In this document: in pieces, positions 46,555-58,893 of the stretch
Numbering within the stretch: position 1 is the stretch's first letter
Layout: every line of letters begins with the position of its first letter
From: Perkinsus chesapeaki ATCC PRA-425
Taxonomy: Eukaryota > Protista > Perkinsozoa
Length of the DNA: 64,000 nt
Assembly (NCBI GenBank): GCA_013115145.1
Contig: JAAPAO010000094.1
Location: 1 to 64,000 of the forward strand
Direction of reading: 5' to 3'
Notes under the pieces: model-generated
What the model saw: the letters and a program-made list of their open reading frames with translations, nothing else
Databases searched by the model: none
Told to the model about the DNA's origin: nothing
Position numbers and translations under genes: made by a program

Positions 46555-48872
46555 ATGAACCCATATATTAATTATAATAATTACAATCCATCAGTAACTC
46601 CTGGTAGACCATCCCCTATGGTCAGCGGCACAGTCGTGAGTGTTGGAGGCAGGCCTGTTGAGGTGATAAAGGGACACAATAGAACATTTAAAGCTCATTC
46701 TGGCACTTTCCCAAAATCTGAGTTATCTCTGGTCGACCTTAGAGCTCTGGTCCATCGGCTGTATACGACATGAATGGTAATCTAATTGCCCCATCAAGCG
46801 GGCCATCACCCTATCCAGCAGTTATGGGGACAGTCATTCAACCTTCGGCTCCCCCGGCACCGCAGCAGGTAATATTAGGGGAACCATGGGAAACCAATGC
46901 TCCATTTCACGCCTAAAAGCACGCCAGTGTAAATTTAGTAGTCCATAATTTTCGCCACGCATGTTGGCGAGGGCAAGTAAATCATTTTCCAAAACGGCTT
47001 CTGTCTGATGCAAAGCTCGGAGGGTGTTTTCCGGCAGCGGAGGTGGATGTCGTGTGTTCAGGTGTCTTGTAACCTATCAGTGAATGGAGGTATTCATACC
47101 GTTACCTCCGCTATGTCCCTTCTTTATACCAGCTCTAAAGCCGAAGAGCATGCTGAGTGTGCCATTTGCTATGATACCTTACCTGGTAAACTACATAACC
47201 CAAGTAGTGTACAAATAATGGAAGGCTCTCATTCGATAGGTAAAGCCAATGCCCCTGTCTGCGTGCTTACCGGCTCCGACGGCCGAAGAGTTTGTCCTCA
47301 TTACTTTCACGTTGACTGCGTTAAATATATGCTCTCTGCCGGGCAGAGACAATGTCCATTATGCAGGTAATAGTGGCCTTACGGTAGTGTAGTGCATAGG
47401 GGCTCTCAGAACTCCGTACCGGAGCTACCTTACTATACCGGATATCGACATGGATCCTCAAGGATGGTTCAAGGTACTAAACGACACCGGGAAACCACAT
47501 ACATCCGCCCGCAGGCCGTCGACCTCAATGGAGACGGCAAACTGGACAAGCAAGAGGTCATGTTCGTGCTGAAGTCCACACTACCGATAAATCACCAACG
47601 TCTAGGTAGTATAATGTTTGTTTCTGTTTTGAGGAGTGTTTTTCTTAGAGAAAGATTTCGATAAACTATTCCGAAGGTGGGATGTCAGTGGTGATGGGTA
47701 TATTCAGTATAGGGAGCTCATGGGCCCTGGAGGACTGGTCAGTTTCGTCAGGTAGGCGGCGGCTTGGCGGCAAACTCTGCGAAGCTCACGCTGTATGAGA
47801 CCAGGGAGTCGAAGGAATGCATTCGAATGGTCCTTTTGGTCTAGGGCTTTTCTTCCTATTGAAATCCCCGTTGTATCTCCGCAATAGAAATACTTCAGTA
47901 TTTTCAAAGAACACATTTCTGACTCCCTTATCCTGTACTCGTTTAACGGTTGCCTTTCCAAGTTTACTATATAAGAGTACAGCGTTCGATTTTAGGAGTA
48001 ACTTCCGAAGAAATACCAAGGATCTTTCACAGGGCATGTCGGGCATGCCGAACCTCAGGGAGAATAAGTCAGCCTGGTTCAAGTAACATATACCTACTGG
48101 CGGTCTGCCGTATATGTTACTCAGATATTGGGATGAGGACGGCAATGGCGTGCTCGATAGGGAGGAAGTCACCAGGGCGTTGATAAAGACCTTTGGCTGG
48201 CAAAGGGACTCCTTGGACCAAAACTCGGTAGGAGATACCAATTATTGTGGGGGACTTAGTTGTCGTCTTCAGACTGCCCGAATGGTGATCGATGCTTTGT
48301 GGTGCGACTTTGATACTGATGGTGATGGTACCATAGATAGTATGGAGTTTTGCAGGTAATATATTCCGGGCTTCCACTGTGGGGAGGGGCCGGGCAAAGC
48401 CACTCGGGTAGACCTTGTAGAGGGTACTAAGCTGCATAGGAGTATTATGTTTTATAATAACTATAGTATTACGAATAGTTAATATAAAGTAAGACCTAGT
48501 TACTACAGAGAAATCGGAAAACGAGAGAAATACCCCATTTTGTTTCTTCGCGAAACAACCCGAATTCGAGGTGAATATAAATGTTGAAGCTAAGATGGTG
48601 CATTTCTCCCTGTGCGTCATCACCCCGCTCGACCAAGCTGATCGCAGCCAGCCTCATAACAACGAGGGTTTTGCGGACTGTTATATAATTCAATCTGAAT
48701 AGTCGCATAAGATAACACTACATCTAATGTACCCGTAATTAATGATAATTGTTATAGGATAGCAGTAAGTGATATATGTGATTGGATTCATTGGTTTCAA
48801 CTTATACAAGTTCCCTTCATTAGGTCTGGCTCTGGATTAGCTGATACTTTCCTCGCCAACACCGCTGCATAA
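46555..48872 (+). CDS. RING-H2 zinc finger plus four EF-hand protein (putative Ca2+-binding E3 ligase)
   Basis: CAIC...CPHYFHVDC...CPLC; EF loops DLNGDGKLDKQE, DVSGDGYIQYRE, DEDGNGVLDREE and DTDGDGTIDSME; Pro-rich N-terminus; last exon SGSGLADTFLANTAA*. Confidence 0.85.
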
Positions 48873-49079
48873 TAAGCCTAAATAGAGGCCCGATTTTGTA
48901 CTAGAATGAAGTTGCTCATTAAACACTGATTTCTTCGGGCAGCTCGAAGGCTTCGAGTCGAAGCTGCTAGCACTATGAGCCCGTTGGTGGCTGCTAAGTT
49001 GATTCATAATGAGAAGCTCGGGGGTCTGCGTTGGGGAGCTCTCTGAGTCGACTGTAGTTCCTTGCCTTTACGGATATCA

Positions 49080-51411
49080 ATGGCGCCCCTACCGACTAAA
49101 GAGACTGTCAAACAAAAGCATCGACGGATGGAGCTCACATTAGAGGGCCCTTCTAATCCTCAAACTGCCGATGACTCTGGAGTTTATGCCAGTGTAGGTG
49201 TGGATAACAGTTATGATCGGGAGGAATTCCAGAGGAGGCTGAAAATGAAGGTAATAGCGGTCGGTCATTTCAGTTGGACTCTTTGCGCCGTTTTGTTTGG
49301 AGTTTTTATTAGAAGTTCAGAAATAAGAAATTGATTTTAGGTCCCGCATATTGAAAAGCACATTCTGCGCTTGTGACCAGGAATCGGGGAATGATCTTCT
49401 GATCTCAAGTGGTCTGTCGATAGTGTATGGCATTCAGGTTCAGAGGGCTAGTGACGAGGTAGTCGAGGTTGATGTAGTTGGTATTGATCCACCAATTGCC
49501 AATGCATTAAGAAGGATTATGATAGCAGAGATACCAACCATAGCTATTGAGAAGTGCTATGTGTATCAGAACACTGGCGTTATTCATGACGAGGTGAGTT
49601 CAACTATTATACTGTATTATAGATATTGATAATATCAATAATATAATCAATACTATATCAATTTGATATAATATTGATTATATTATTGATATACAGGGTG
49701 TCCCAAAAAATGTGGCGAGAGTAGGGTATGAAAAAATTTTACAAGGCAAAATCTGACCTTTTCCATTGAAACCGATTTTTTGGAATTTTAAAAACTAAAT
49801 TTCTCGCCAACCCAATCGAATATCATCGTGGGCCGTATGCGTTTAGAAAGTCCCTCTTGAGGGCTTTCGAACGTCGCACGTGTCGTCGAAATATTCGCCC
49901 TCCTGAGGAAGTTATTCAAAAAAGCACATTTCTGGGGGGAAACCCTGTATATTATTTACTGCATATATGACTGTTGTTAATTATTATTAGACCGTAATAA
50001 GATTGTGAATCCTTATGGAGATGGATTACCCTATTGGACTTTAATAGAGGTGCTATTCAGGTTCTGGCCCATCGTCTTGGTTTGGTACCAATATACTGTG
50101 ACATTGACTCCTTGAAGATGCGTGATGAGGATGCACCACCGGAGCAGAGGGATGATGTTACTGATCGTAATAGGTGGCAGCAATTGGTGGGGAAAATGGT
50201 ACTGTCGTTATCATGGCCGCGTATGGACCTGAAACCTCGGCCGGTCGATAACCTTTTAAGGCGAATTTTAGGAATGTAAAGAGTTGGTAGTATCTTTTCT
50301 GTTTTAGCTGACACCTGGATATGCTTCCAACTGGATAAGGTGTGTCCCCAGAGCCACCCTCCAAGGGAGTCTATGCCGGTATATAGCGGAGATCTAAAGT
50401 GGGTGCCACTTAATGCTGAACAGGAAGAACGGTATAAGGATGATGTAATACAGCTGGGAAGTTCTTTATAGTGCGCAAGATACGCGTATTCAATGGAATC
50501 TCAGCCGCCTCGTCCTGTATATGATGACGTCCTTATCACCAAGCTCCGTTGTGGCCAAGAACTCGAGATCAAATGCTTCTGCTGCAAGGTAGCCTATTTA
50601 TCGTATGGGTTGAATAAGTTGCCATCCTTTAGGGTATCGGTAAAATCCATGCAAAGTGGAGCCCAGTATGTACTGCTACATATAGGCTGATGCCTGATAT
50701 AGTGATCAAGGAGGTAATCCACACGGCTGAAGAGAGATCTGAAATTTTATATATAACCTTATAATGATTCTTATTGAGCATCGTAGGAATGCTGGTTGTC
50801 ATTTTTACGTTTGTTATAGGCGCGAGGGTATTCACTAGGTGTTGCTTTGTTATCTCTATATACATTCTTACTTTATTTTACGTTGCCTTTAGCCGGTTGA
50901 GGGAGCCGAGGCGGAGAAGCTTAAAAAAGTGTGCCCCATGGGAGTGTTCGATGTTGAGGACGGCGAGGCGATAGTAAAGAACCCCCGAGCGTGCACTACC
51001 TGCCGACAGTGCATAGAGCCCGGCAATGGCTTTGGTAGTGAGGCGCATACCGCTCTTTCGTGGAATCACGGTCTGGTGACTCTTGCTTTCTTGATCAGCT
51101 GATAAGGTGTCGCTCGGTAAGCTGAAGGATCACTTCATCTTCACTGTAGAGTCGGTCGGCCAGATCCCCGCCCCGCAGATCTTCGCTCAAGTAAGGGGGC
51201 GGTAACAGCTTCAAAGCTTCGATTCCCTCATCTCTCTCAGGCAGCCGTGGTGATGCAGAACAAGTGTCGTTTGGTGAAGAAGAGCTTGGAAGATCAAATG
51301 GGCAAAAAGGCATTACGTCACGTAAGGCAGGCAGGCCTGATATTCTTTGAATGCGAGGTCCAGGTTAAATCTTCGGACGACGGAGCGGAGCCTATGGAGG
51401 TCGATGGCTAG
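49080..51411 (+). CDS. RPAC1: DNA-directed RNA polymerases I and III subunit RPAC1 (RPC40)
   Basis: [19 protein letters not shown]...[65 protein letters not shown]. Confidence 0.95.
49694..49947. mobile_element. Tc1/mariner-type MITE (254 bp) in an RPAC1 intron
   Basis: Flanked by TA...TA. Imperfect TIRs: CAGGGTGTCCCAAAAAATGTG (49694-49714) versus the reverse complement of 49925-49947, CAGGGTTTCCCCCCAGAAATGTG. No coding capacity. Confidence 0.8.
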
Positions 51412-51573
51412 GAAGAGCACCGGCTTGAGCAGCCACAGCTGGTGCAGACGTAAATAACTTTACCACAACTACTACTACTACTGGTACCTTACGTTAGGCA
51501 ACGATATCATCGTTTCCACATCACACAAGCATTGTGTTTTGTCGGTTCAATTGGAGATATAAGTTGCATTTAT

Positions 51574-52285
51574 ATGGCGTCTAAGGACACTTACAAACTT
51601 GCTATCACCGCGCTGGCATGTGCGGTCACTTCAGCCTTCACGTGATAAACTGGGCGAATTGGATCTCAAAGTACTCTGGCGGCAGGTATAAGACGTACCA
51701 AGATGTTTACGGTAATCGGAGTAAAAAGGAGGCTGATAAGTTCATTGAAGTTTTGGACCCAGCATTGGAATTGGTACTACCGGCGGAGGCACGATCTCTT
51801 AGCGCACTGCTGCTGTGTTGTATATTGGAGCCCGAGGGCTCGCTCTACTCTTGGTCGCCCTCGGAATGCCTCGTAGTTTATATAATGGTTAGCTTAGAAA
51901 GTGGATAGCTTGGACTGAACGATCCACTCATCAATTGCGCTGCGAAGTTATTTATTATGTACGGCACATGCTGAGCAACTGTGACCGGTTACGGGCGACA
52001 CATTTTCCCTTATTCCTGTGGTTGAATCGGCCGGTGGTATTCGTAGCAAGAAGCTCCGTAAAAACGTCTTATTTACGTTCGGATATTTTGTTGTTGCAGT
52101 TGAAGCCCAAGACGTATTCAGCGGACGAGTTCAAGCCATCTACAGACTTTGAAGGTCCAATGGAAGGATATGTGTTTAAGCGAGATAAGCTCGGTGTGGG
52201 GTACTATAAGGATAAGGAGTTTGATGCAGTGCTGCAGCCGGAGATAGAAGAGCAGCGACGACGGCTGGCGGAAATGCCGCAGTAG
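51574..52285 (+). CDS. Small hypothetical protein with an FEG...GYVFK...GVGYYKD motif
   Basis: Three exons: MASKDTYKLAITALA / YSGGRYKTYQDVYG...DPALEL / LKPK...FEGPMEGYVFKRDKLGVGYYKDKE...EMPQ*. Confidence 0.6.
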
Positions 52286-52525
52286 TGAACATGTTTCTGA
52301 TCTCAGCGGTTTTGATCTTCTGGATGGGCACGAAAGGGATCACTCCCTGGGAAAGCGACGTTGTGAGGAGCTGCTGTCATTTTGCGGGGAATGAGCGGAG
52401 AATACGGTATGGTTTAATGAGCACCATTCAACTGTTGGATGTTCTCGAAGGGGCAGATAGTAAAGTCAGCCTGCTAAATGTGACCTACCTATGTGAATCG
52501 GGGTGTCATTCAGTTCCTACGTACT

Positions 52526-53596
52526 ATGTCCGCAGAGGGAACAGCTGGTCCTTCGACTGGCAGCAGCAGCAGCCCGGCGGCCCCTCATCGCAAGAAGGCA
52601 GACAATCCTTCTGTGTTGGAGTCCCTTGGAATAGTAGTTGCCAAGGGATCGAAAAAACGTGTCAAGTTGGCTGCGAGCGAGTCTCGACGTGTGAGGGTGA
52701 GACGGGAATAACGCCGCACGGCAGTTGGAGAGCCTGGCAGGCGCGGACGAAACAGCGAAGTGCTGAGGAAGAGCAACGGTTGGCTGTGCTACGAGAGGAT
52801 AAGGTTCGGCAGAAAGCCGCTCAAGTGAGACGCTGTGAAAGTTGCTTAGCATTTGTAAGTGTCAGGAGCATCCAATGAATGCGTTGCTGGCTGCTTGTCG
52901 CAGTAACGACTCCCTCACTATCGCTGATCTCATTGGCCACAAAGTAAGTGCCGCTGCGTCACTGTCGACTGATAAGCTGAATTCAGGAAGTGAGCGCAAA
53001 TGTGAAGTATCCGTACCCTATAGATGGCCTTGGTGTAGGGGCAGCTCCGATTCATGTAGCAGCTCAATACGGTGCAACGAATGCTATTATAACTCTCTTG
53101 GATGCTGGCGCCGATAAAGAACAGGTATTCTTACAGCTTTGTTTGGGGATGTATTTCTCAATGCCGTTTGTTTCTTATGTATGAGTTTTGCTCTTCAAAG
53201 CTCTACAGTGTGTTTAATTAATATCTGATGTTTCGGTTTAGGTCACCGACCAGTCGCAGACGGCTTTACATATTGCGGCCAAACGAGGGCTGCCGGCAAC
53301 ATGCCAGCTGTTAATTCAGAAGGGATGCAGTCTCAACGTGAAGGATAGATTTGGGTAGAAGGGAAATCGTTTCGTTGTGGAGCACTGTGTTCAGGTCGAC
53401 TCCGTTGGACTTGGCGAGGCGGGAAGAGCATCGATCGACATTTCACTCGGAAGTGGTGAAACTGCTGAAGAGGACAGCTAACCAGCTGCGTGAGAAACAA
53501 GCACCTTCGGACAGTGAGCATTCTGGGGGAGGATTGGATAAGGGAATTATTGCAGGTCGAAAGAAGGGGCGAAGACGTCAAAAAGTTTACCAGTAA
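52526..53596 (+). CDS. Ankyrin repeat protein
   Basis: APIHVAAQYGATNAIITLLDAGAD, TALHIAAKRGLPATCQLLIQKGC, STPLDLA; basic NLS-like ends. Confidence 0.85.
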
Positions 53597-54015
53597 ATGA
53601 ATCTCATGTTGCGTTGTTCCAGTACGCGGGGGACGGTATGGGGTCGTCGGAAATAAGTTGACTGCTGAATGGGAGTTGTGACAACTCAGTTGTCGACAAC
53701 GTTTAACTGCTTCATGTGTTGCTGGTTGGCTCGGCTACTTCGGGTCACAAAGCCTGTATGCAGCCAAATACAATTTCTGTATCGAACACACATAATCATA
53801 ATGAGTAGCTTACTCGACACAACGCCTTTACTGGTGCAGTGGTAACCTCTTTTATGTATGTATCGGGCTTCTCTATATGTTCGATCGGTAGCCGAGACCA
53901 GCTCATTCATACATAAAGGGAAGTCACACCAGAGAGTGCCGAGCGCCACTGCTACGGTATGCCACACGGGTTAGACAAACTCGGTCGTTAAAGCTCATTT
54001 GTTAGCTCACTAACT

Positions 54016-55086
54016 TGCAAGTTGCCCGACAGTTGAAGTCCACTCGAGAAAAAGTGGAGTCAAATGCTTTTCCCAAAGTGGCCAGGCAGGAAGGTTTGTT
54101 CGTGACGTAGAGTGAAGGTAGCTTGTCCATTTCAGCACTAGTCGACCTTGCCGCGCTTTACCGGGAGATTGTTTCTGAGGTCCGTCGGCCACATTACACT
54201 GCGTACGAGTTCTCCGAGATTGCTCTGACCTCAGCAAGGGCCCCGAGCCTACGCGGCGCTGCCGAGAATGTTCTTCGGATGATTCTCGATGAAGTTGTGA
54301 AGCGGCAAGAACCGGTTAATTGCCGAGGGAAACGTGAGGCTTGCCATTTCACAGTTGAGCATCGGTGCTTGTTTAGTCGGGCGTAGTACATACGACCTGT
54401 TGACCCGTGCGGCTAACGACCACGTCTCGGCCCATTCTCCGGGGGATTTCTCGGAGAACGTGCCCCTCAATCAGGGATGGACGATGGTGTCCTTGAAGAA
54501 TCTTACTGCTGCTTTTTGTAGCCCTAGAGGTTTGCGCATCATGGCTGAGAAATCCCTTGGTGGGAAGCTCATTGCCGAATATGTCGGGGACAGAGTGGTA
54601 GCCTTGCTGCCTTGCCTGTCGCAGTGCGGTCTACAATTGGATTCAGGTTTTGGCATCAGAGGCTGCCGTTGAGCTTAGCAGTGGTCTTTCAGGGCGCGGC
54701 GCAGTACAGATGTTAACAGGGATTTGCAATTACACACTGCACTACCCCGCCCTGGACGCCCAAGGGTCAGATTGGGTTGTACTTGTACCTTCGCCATGAT
54801 TGGTATTAGGTATGAAGCTGTAAGCACTGCCGTATGGATTCGCCTGCTAAGCGTAGCATCACGCCATTCAGTCACGGATCTAGCAATGAGTGATTTCTCT
54901 ATTCTTCATCGGAAAGTAAGTGCTTTGCGTAGTTGTATTAGTACTTGTTATTTAGATCGCAGAGGTATTGCCCCACGTCGCCAGCTGCAGCCGGATCGAT
55001 GTCGCCAGAGCAGCCGAATGGTTGCTGATGTACGCAGAGGAAGAAAACATGTCGGAATAGTTTCTGAATATATAGTTTTGTGTTGA
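54016..55086 (+). CDS. Hypothetical multi-exon protein
   Basis: Successive protein-like ORFs 54123-54386, 54334-54672 and 54724-55086 on the same strand with intron-like joins. No domain recognised. Confidence 0.4.
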
Positions 55087-56721
55087 GTGTCTGGCTAGCT
55101 GCCGTCTACGGCAGTTAGCCAGGAACCCTACTAGGGTTTCGGCTTCTGATACTTGTACTGAGGGTAGTTTAACGACCCTGCACCAAGCTCCGAGCTTGGT
55201 GCACGATGCTTTTCTGACAGTCGAGCTTGAAGCTCGACTCGAGCTGCTCGTGGACTCCACGGATCGTGGACCGTGACCGCCATTGTTGCCCTCGGCATCG
55301 TCGCCGTCATTGTTGTCCCTGGGGGCATCCCCTATAGGGTATAACCCAAATTCATCTGGGCGTTTTCGGCTTTCAGAGCTGCTATACCGCCGGTTACCGG
55401 CCGGTATAAAGGGAAGGAGTCGAGTAAAGAGGTTATGCCTCCACCTATCACGGTAATAGTATCACCCCATCAATAGTAGAGTTTTCGATGCTCACTAGCT
55501 CTAACAGAACCTCCTCTCCAATCCTGTGAGCAAAGCCTCGGTTTGACATTTGATAACCAGCTTTCAGAGCTGCTATACCGCCGGCTACCGGCCGCAGGCC
55601 GGTATAGCGGCGGGGAATTTCCCCGGTGGAAATCATCTTCCAATAACTGCAGCGTAACCATGTCCTTCTTTTTAGCATTGGAAGGCCGACCAATAAGATT
55701 TTCAACAACCGTAGAACACCCAGTCGTGAAAGTGCGATCACCGATCATGCCACCAAGCGTCCTGGCCAAAAAGGTTTGGGATATATCCGCTTTGTGTTGC
55801 CGCTCCATAGCCGTAGAGACAGACAACTTGCTTTTTGAAAAAGCAAGGATAAGTTAACTCAAGTATAACTCGAGGGAATAAGTTCATACTACGCGACAGA
55901 GGCTTCATCTTCTGTTTCTTCTTCCACCTTTGGAAGCTATTTGCGCTTTCCCGGGTAGCACTGGTAAAGATGCGCAAACTCGGATTAAATCTAGAAGAAT
56001 ACACAATTTTATATCATCGCTTTTGGTATTTTCGCTAACACCACCTCTGTTACAGCGATACTATGAATGTAGCTCAATAAGTATCAACAATATCAATCCT
56101 TTTCTATATTTTCGGAGCCATACATGCACGGTACTGAAAGAATAGCGAGAACGCTCAACGCATCTTCCAAATTAGCGATGGATTGTATAGTCCACTGGAC
56201 CGTGTTCTCCTGACATTGTGCCAAACTTCTTCAGTGCTTCTGTCGCCGCTCCCAATTTTGCTTCCAATAAATCCCCGTCTAGTTCTAGATGACGTACATA
56301 AATTATATAATATAATACATGTCATGTATGTCCAACAAATACTACTCGCGCAACCTCTCGATTTCAAAGTCGAAGTACCTCTCCGCTATACTTTTTCGAG
56401 ATGAAGGTGAGAAATTCTCACTGAGAACTCTTTTTGGAAAAGACTTTTCCTTGCATGGCGCTGGTTAGGCATTGTTGAACTTCCCGTAGACCACCGAACA
56501 GTGACATATCATTGCACTGTAGTTTATTTATCAACGTACTGAACGTCTCTAATACTCGCAGAGCGGCTTCCACCTTGTCAGTGACAAGTTGTCACGCATA
56601 CTCCGGTCCTCTAGTATAGTACTTGAATCGCAATGCAGGTCTTTTATCTTCTGACTAGCGCTTAGCCAGTATTCTTCGTCGGACTTGACTTGCTCGCACT
56701 CGGCACAAGCCATCCCAACAT

Positions 56722-58326
56722 TTAGCGTGGGCCGAGTAGGCGGCTATGGAACTTGACCAACGAGTCACACAGATGGATGGTATTCTCGACAAGGTCGAGA
56801 ATACCATTCATCTGTTCACTACAAAAAATTGAAGGGTCGGCTCGACCCTTCAATTTTTGGTAGCACCTATCAATCGAGCCCAAACGAATCCAATGCCTGG
56901 CACGCGTCGGCAGCGCAGATATCCATGAGAATTGCCCCAGGTAATTGCTTTCATCCGTCAGAGATGCAAGAGAGTTTTCAGTGTCATCTGTTGGTTTGGC
57001 ATCGTTTCGCTTCTTTATCCCCGTCAGGTCCGAAATTAACAACTGAATTTCGTCGCTAGACAACCGGCGGCCAACGGAGCGGCCTTAATCCTAGCGCAAC
57101 CATTGGTTTCTCTCAGCTTCATGGTTTTCTGAGTGTTGCCGACGATGCAACTAGCGGCTAGTTGCTAGCCGTCTCTCTCGCACGTACACAATTGCTTGCA
57201 CCATCTGTCATGAACCCCAGTGCCAAGAAGCCATCTGAAGCAATACGTGGATAATGGCAAATTGGGACCGTCAACCACCTGATTACATTTATGAAGCATC
57301 TGAACATTTCGCTGTAACCCAGATGATATCGTTGGACCGGTTTCGCGCTCTCCGACCGTTAACTGCCGCGCGGAAAGGGGTATACAGGTGACTGACCCGC
57401 GGTCTCGATAGGCGACTGCGCATGTCATCAGCTGGCCACGCCCGTTGAGACACGACCACGAATCAAATAAAATAATAACCCACTCGCAGTGCTGGACTGC
57501 CCTCTGCATCGCACTGTTGAACTCTATATCGAAAATGATATTCTTAAGTCTTCGAACTCTTTGGATGCTCAGAACCCCACTGAAGCCTCCTCGTTTGTTC
57601 TTCATTCGCATTTCGACCATTCGGGACAAGCTCATCAATCGCTTCCTGGAATCCCCCACTAACAATGCTCCTCACTGACCACCCGTTAATCATGCTGCAG
57701 ACAATTAATTTTATATTGAAACGTTCGCTGTCGTTGAGGGACTCACCAGGGGAACATATAGATACTACGTTGCTTGTATCTGAAAAGTATCGAGTCCAAC
57801 ACTCGGATTGCTTGATAACCGAAAGGCAGAAGCTGGACGACCCAGGAATCACCGGATTTGCCATAATGCTAATAATGTGTGTCAAAACGCAAGTTGAGCT
57901 TTCCAGAGATCGAATGCAGAGTAGACTACTCTGAGTAGTTAGTGAGCATTGCACTACCCGCCTTGGTGCCAATCTTTCGTGAATGATGCTTGAGTAAATG
58001 CTCACGACACTGAGTGACGTTCAATCTTTGCCTTAACTTCGGTTGTGGACACAAGTTGTGTCACACAACTTGCATTGATATATGCTGTTTTTACTGATTG
58101 TCACGTTCTTAAAGTATGAACGGGTTTTCTCCACCGAAACGGATCCGGCCATGGAAGAATTATGCGTGCGAAGCCTATCTCCGTTATCTTCTCTAAAATC
58201 CACTTCACTCAACACTGAATTAGACTTGGTTTGATAAACAGTGAAACTGTTCCTTACAGTCTGTAACTTACAGTTTATCACAAGAAATCGGGGGCTACGG
58301 TAGAACCCAAGAAATGTTGTTGACAA
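56722..58326 (-). mobile_element. Degenerate hAT-superfamily transposase with BED zinc finger (frameshifted relic)
   Basis: Across frames: YFKNV...CKLC...NVTQCREHLLKHH (BED finger), LIVCSMINGWSVRSIVSGGFQEAIDELVP then SRKRL (dimerisation region), IILFDSWS (first catalytic Asp), ARQLTVGERETGPTISSGL and VVDGPNL. Multiple frameshifts and stops. Confidence 0.6.
56824..56858. repeat. Perfect 16-bp inverted repeat with 3-nt loop
   Basis: AAAAATTGAAGGGTCG-GCT-CGACCCTTCAATTTTT. Confidence 0.95.
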
Positions 58327-58893
58327 GTTCTTAAGAGGACTGTTAACTATGGATGATTAAACCGTTAAGATTTTACGCACATATATATCACATTGGCTGT
58401 GGGAAACAATCATTAAGCCCTCAGTGATGCTCGCTTAGCCGCCGAAGGCGGGAAATTTAGATCGTTTTGAGGGCTTTAGGCCGAAATTCCCGCTATTTCC
58501 AGTACTTTCCGGAAATGTTCCAACGAAATTTCCGAAACGGAAATTTTGTCGCATTTCAGTCTTGCCACACAGCTACGCTCGATCGATAATATGGTATTAC
58601 CAATCGATTCCTCTTGTCGAATGGCTATAGCCTTCGAGTTTTCATATGAGTTTGATCATTCATACGAGATATTCAATTTCTAGCAACTTGCCCAAAGAAT
58701 GCGAACGGCGTTAACCTGTGTGCCACAGGTCGCACAACAATGGATTATTCATAACTCTCGCTCTCAGGCTTCGACTGGTGTACCGTTCCCTCACAACAGA
58801 GTTAGAAGTTTCAACTTGGAAAAAACTCAGATAGGTGGAACAGTTCGGAAACAATTGATAAAAATCTATCATGTCGACACCAAGTACCATGCG

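Noticed and set aside
56155-56404. hATC dimerisation domain or PIF/Harbinger motif downstream of the transposase relic
   Set aside because: Only a vague CIILYNL resemblance; no frame gave a convincing motif.
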